A stretch of 64,000 nucleotides of DNA, from assembly GCA_043228905.1 (NCBI GenBank), contig JBHGNT010000018.1:14880001-14944000 (forward strand), written 5' to 3'. Each line of letters opens with the position of its first letter. Position 1 is the first letter of the stretch. Below are positions 62,428 through 64,000 of this stretch, one piece after another. The notes under the pieces were generated by a model. That model saw only the letters and a program-made list of their open reading frames with translations, was not told the origin of the DNA and did no database searches. The position numbers and the translations under genes are program-made. The stretch comes from Azolla caroliniana. Lineage: Eukaryota; Plantae; Polypodiophyta.

Positions 62428-62974
62428 CTGATGACGGCAACCTATGTGATAAACATATCACCCTCAATACCGTTGGACTGAGACACACCACAGAGAGTAT
62501 GGACCGGTAAAGACGTGTCTTACCGGCATCTGAAGGTGTTCGGTTGTATCGCCTACGTACATATTCCTTGGATACGGCAATGATGATTTCGGCTACCAAG
62601 TGGGGGACTTGGTCAACGAGGAGGTTTTCCGGAGTTGAGATAGTCTTCATGTAAGATAAGACCATCACCGACTAGGAGTCGGAGAAGAAGATAGTGGACT
62701 TCGGGTCGACCGAGAGAAATCGGCTGGAAGATGTTAGGACACATTCGGTCAGAAGCCGGTTGTCAACCGAAGACAATGATGAACTGGCCGGATTCAGACA
62801 AAGAACTGAATTGACCGAAGAAGATGAATTGGACATCGGAACCAGAAAAGACCCCGAATCGGATTTGGATGAAGAATAGACGGAGGAGTCGGTGGTCGAA
62901 AACCAAGGATGGAGATACCCTCTAAGAGAGAGAAGGGCCCCCCGAATATTCCCGGATGCAGAGCATGTTTTATT
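62428..62974 (+). mobile_element. Copia family A integrase C-terminal/linker fragment
   Basis: Homologous to 17334-17880 and 18390-18440. Confidence 0.85.
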
Positions 62975-64000
62975 TGTTACCCGGCCGGCAAAGGAGCAGA
63001 GACCAAAATGTGAAAAGGATGGTTATTCGGAATATATTTAATTAAGTAAATTAGATTATAATTATGTAGTGAACGGACGGACCAGAATTGGTATGCTGAT
63101 CCGGATCCGGACTGATTCCGAACAGGTGCCGGTTGGCACCGTTTTGTACACAGCACTGGTGACCTATATAAAGGCCCGGTTACAATGTAAAACCTTAATA
63201 GAGAATTAATATAAGCGTCTGGTTATATCTTCATGTATTGATTTCCGTTCTGTCTTAATTGTTATATCTTACGTGTGTATTAAGTGAATGCCGTATTGCT
63301 AAGTAGCCAATTAAGTCGGATTAATCTTTGTGCCTTAAGTTATCTCGCCATAACACCCTTTGGTGAAGTGTCTTCCGGAGACACCCTGTGTTAGGCCATT
63401 GTCCGGCCCTAAGGATTAACACAGTTTTTGGCGACCACAATTCTTGCACAATCGCAACGAACAACGACGGGAATGGATGACGCGACCAACGAACGACCCG
63501 GTTACGGAGTGAGCAAGGCGACTTGCTGAATGGTTGAGGAAGCGAGAGGCTTTCCAGCAAGCGGCAGAAGAAATCAGAGCGGACCGCTCATTTTCGAAAG
63601 TGATCCGGAGAGTGGCCAAGGAGTCACTTCGGTTACCACAAAACACCTACCCGGACGAAGGAAGCAGCCTAAGCAGCCTTCGGGAAACGGAATCCCTTCT
63701 CCAGGCATTGGCAGCGGGGGAAGGTGAATCCGAAGCATTTTTGGCATTTGAATCGGGTTTGGATGGGGAATACAGCGCGCAGACAAACTACCGCAACAGT
63801 AACGACACCCCAGGCGGACCAGAGGACGAGGAGTCAGATACTTTGCCAACACTAGAACCCGAATCGACAAGGCTGGAAACTCCGGTACAGGAAGTTGACC
63901 ACACTCCGAAACCAGAAGTCGAGGACGAGAGACCTCCGACACCCCGGAAGTCGAGGAGTAGAAGCCTCCGACACCACAAGAGGAGCAGGAAAGACCTCCG
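62975..64000 (+). mobile_element. 5' end of an LTR retrotransposon (probably Ty3/gypsy): LTR 62975-63421, Arg-tRNA-type PBS, start of internal region
   Basis: tgtta...taaca LTR with tatataaa at about 63165. PBS tggcgaccac (63429-63438) is complementary to a tRNA-Arg 3' end GUGGUCGCCA. Confidence 0.75.

Overview
Repeat-dense eukaryotic nuclear DNA from a land plant. The TE families and the CLE peptide suggest a fern/lycophyte/bryophyte-type genome, but this is inference. Most of the window is nested, mostly decayed transposons: several Ty1/copia copies and solo LTRs, one intact and apparently very young copia (35935-41449, 297-bp LTRs identical by eye, CTGGT TSD), a decayed hAT element (1050-16930), a near full-length L1-type LINE, gypsy remnants and tRNA-like SINE segments. 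The only clear host gene is a single-exon CLE signalling-peptide gene (47085-47564, RFVPTGPNPLHN). The most unusual object is a 10.8-kb DNA transposon (1970-12784) with 25-bp GGG...CCC TIRs and a TAAT TSD, which looks Sola2-like. It carries a transposase gene lacking its catalytic core and a convergent multi-exon accessory gene encoding a coiled coil, a RING-H2 finger and an FCP1/NIF-like pseudo-phosphatase. Each gene has a large intron built almost entirely from the 14-bp palindrome TAGCTAATTAGCTA, which also sits just inside both TIRs. All coordinates and alignments were read by eye; no database searches were run.
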